Shown one piece after another: positions 63,264 to 64,000 of a stretch of DNA of 64,000 bases. The translations under genes were made by a program, and so were the position numbers. How positions within the stretch are numbered: the stretch's first letter is position 1; every line of letters starts with the position of its first letter. The stretch comes from Acidimicrobiaceae bacterium. Lineage in GTDB: Bacteria > Actinomycetota > Acidimicrobiia > Acidimicrobiales > JACDCH01. The DNA lies in NCBI GenBank assembly GCA_041166745.1, contig JBEEGH010000019.1, positions 37,594 through 101,593 of the forward strand. The letters are read 5' to 3'. The notes beneath the pieces are model-generated. The model ran no database searches. It saw only the letters and a program-made list of their open reading frames with translations, and was not told where the DNA came from.

Positions 63264-64000
63264 TCAGGTCAAGTCTGGCCAGCGGCGCTTGGTCGCGCGC
63301 CGGGATTTCGGGCCCCGATCACCGAGCGCCCACGCTCGGCGCCAGAGCGACGGCGCCTCGGGGCCGGACAGCGCGGGCGTTGCACCGCGATGGGCGCGCA
63401 GCCGCGCCCGATACCAGTCGGTGCTGGTCTCGTCGGCCAGCGCGGCGACCGCGCGCTCGATGCGGGCCGCCATGCGACGGGAGTCCTCACCTTCGTCCGG
63501 CCACAGCGGCGATCCGAACGTGATGCGGGTCGAGGAGCGCGACAACCGCTTGCTGCCCTTGCGCATGATGCGGCCCGTCCCCTCGAGGTGGACTGGCACC
63601 ACCGGCACCTTGCAGCGCAACGCGAGGTACGCGGCGCCGCCGCGGAAGGGCTGGCCCCATCCGTCGGGCGACCGCCCGCCTTCCGGGAAGATCAACATGC
63701 TCCAACCGTCGTCGATCAACTCTGCGGCGTCGTCGGCCGATCGCCGTGACACGCGTGTGCGCTCGATCGGGATCGCGTTCAGCGCCAGAGCCGACGCCGT
63801 CGAAGTGACCCGCGTCTTGAAGAAGTAGTCGGCTGCAGCCCCGACGAACATCCTGTGGCGCCATGGCTCCGGAATCGAGCTCAGGAGGAGGGGCGTGTCG
63901 ACGTGGCTGTGGTGGTTGGCCGCGAAGATGACCGGCTGCGGCGGATCGTCGCCCTTCCTTCCGTGGGTGAGATCGTGGAGCTGGTCGAGCCCGCGCCGAT
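63264..64000 (-). CDS. 1-acyl-sn-glycerol-3-phosphate acyltransferase-like protein (PlsC family), 5' end beyond the window
   Basis: Own extension of ORF 63264..63851 upstream gives ...VIFAANHHSHVDTPLLL... (HX4D). Downstream it reads LIFPEGGRS. The reading frame stays open to the window edge. Confidence 0.8.
   Translation of the reverse strand, partial: RRGLDQLHDLTHGRKGDDPPQPVIFAANHHSHVDTPLLLSSIPEPWRHRMFVGAAADYFFKTRVTSTASALALNAIPIERTRVSRRSADDAAELIDDGWSMLIFPEGGRSPDGWGQPFRGGAAYLALRCKVPVVPVHLEGTGRIMRKGSKRLSRSSTRITFGSPLWPDEGEDSRRMAARIERAVAALADETSTDWYRARLRAHRGATPALSGPEAPSLWRRAWALGDRGPKSRRATKRRWPDLT

Overview
High-GC, densely coding chromosomal segment that looks Actinomycetota-like: it carries mycothiol-type DinB/MDMPI enzymes, several LLM flavin/F420-type oxidoreductases, many acyl-CoA dehydrogenases, and frequent GTG/TTG starts with 1-4 nt start/stop overlaps. 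I support about 60 CDS, 2 tRNAs (Cys-GCA, Val-GAC) and several non-coding signals. All product calls come from reading motifs by eye; no searches were run. Most of the window is ordinary metabolism: aldehyde dehydrogenase, CoA-transferase, fused PutA, GlnA-like ligase, HppD/Lrp, fused E1 alpha/beta, IlvA, M20 peptidase, ribokinase, esterase, citrate synthase, aconitase, and PlsC-type acyltransferases. Things worth a second look: (1) A two-gene module at 47.2-51.8 kb. It encodes a ~1217-aa protein with an N-terminal DUF4157-like HExxH domain, a lysine run, an Ala/Glu/Gln low-complexity coiled coil, a central region with a caspase/CHAT-like His...Cys dyad and a Pro-rich repeat tail, tightly followed by a WD40 propeller. 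(2) An in-frame TGA exactly at the first Cys of a thioredoxin-fold WCxxC motif (W-TGA-G-C), with a perfect hairpin 17 nt downstream. This is a candidate selenoprotein that the ORF track splits in two. (3) A 2.75-kb integrase-less islet at tRNA-Cys, bounded by a 116-bp direct repeat of the tRNA 3' half. It has repeated CCATCCCGCG arm-like motifs and a frameshifted excisionase. (4) A six-gene translationally coupled envelope-glycan locus (membrane protein, PIG-V-like GT-C, GT2, YdjC deacetylase, two methyltransferases) with ArnC/ArnD/ArnT-like logic. (5) An orphan strong intrinsic terminator with a structured leader upstream of a HAD/PlsC gene. (6) A 12-2-12 perfect palindrome with a GntR/HutC-type core between aconitase and a GntR gene. 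There are also several smaller palindromes and repeats. No CRISPR array, rRNA or transposase was seen.
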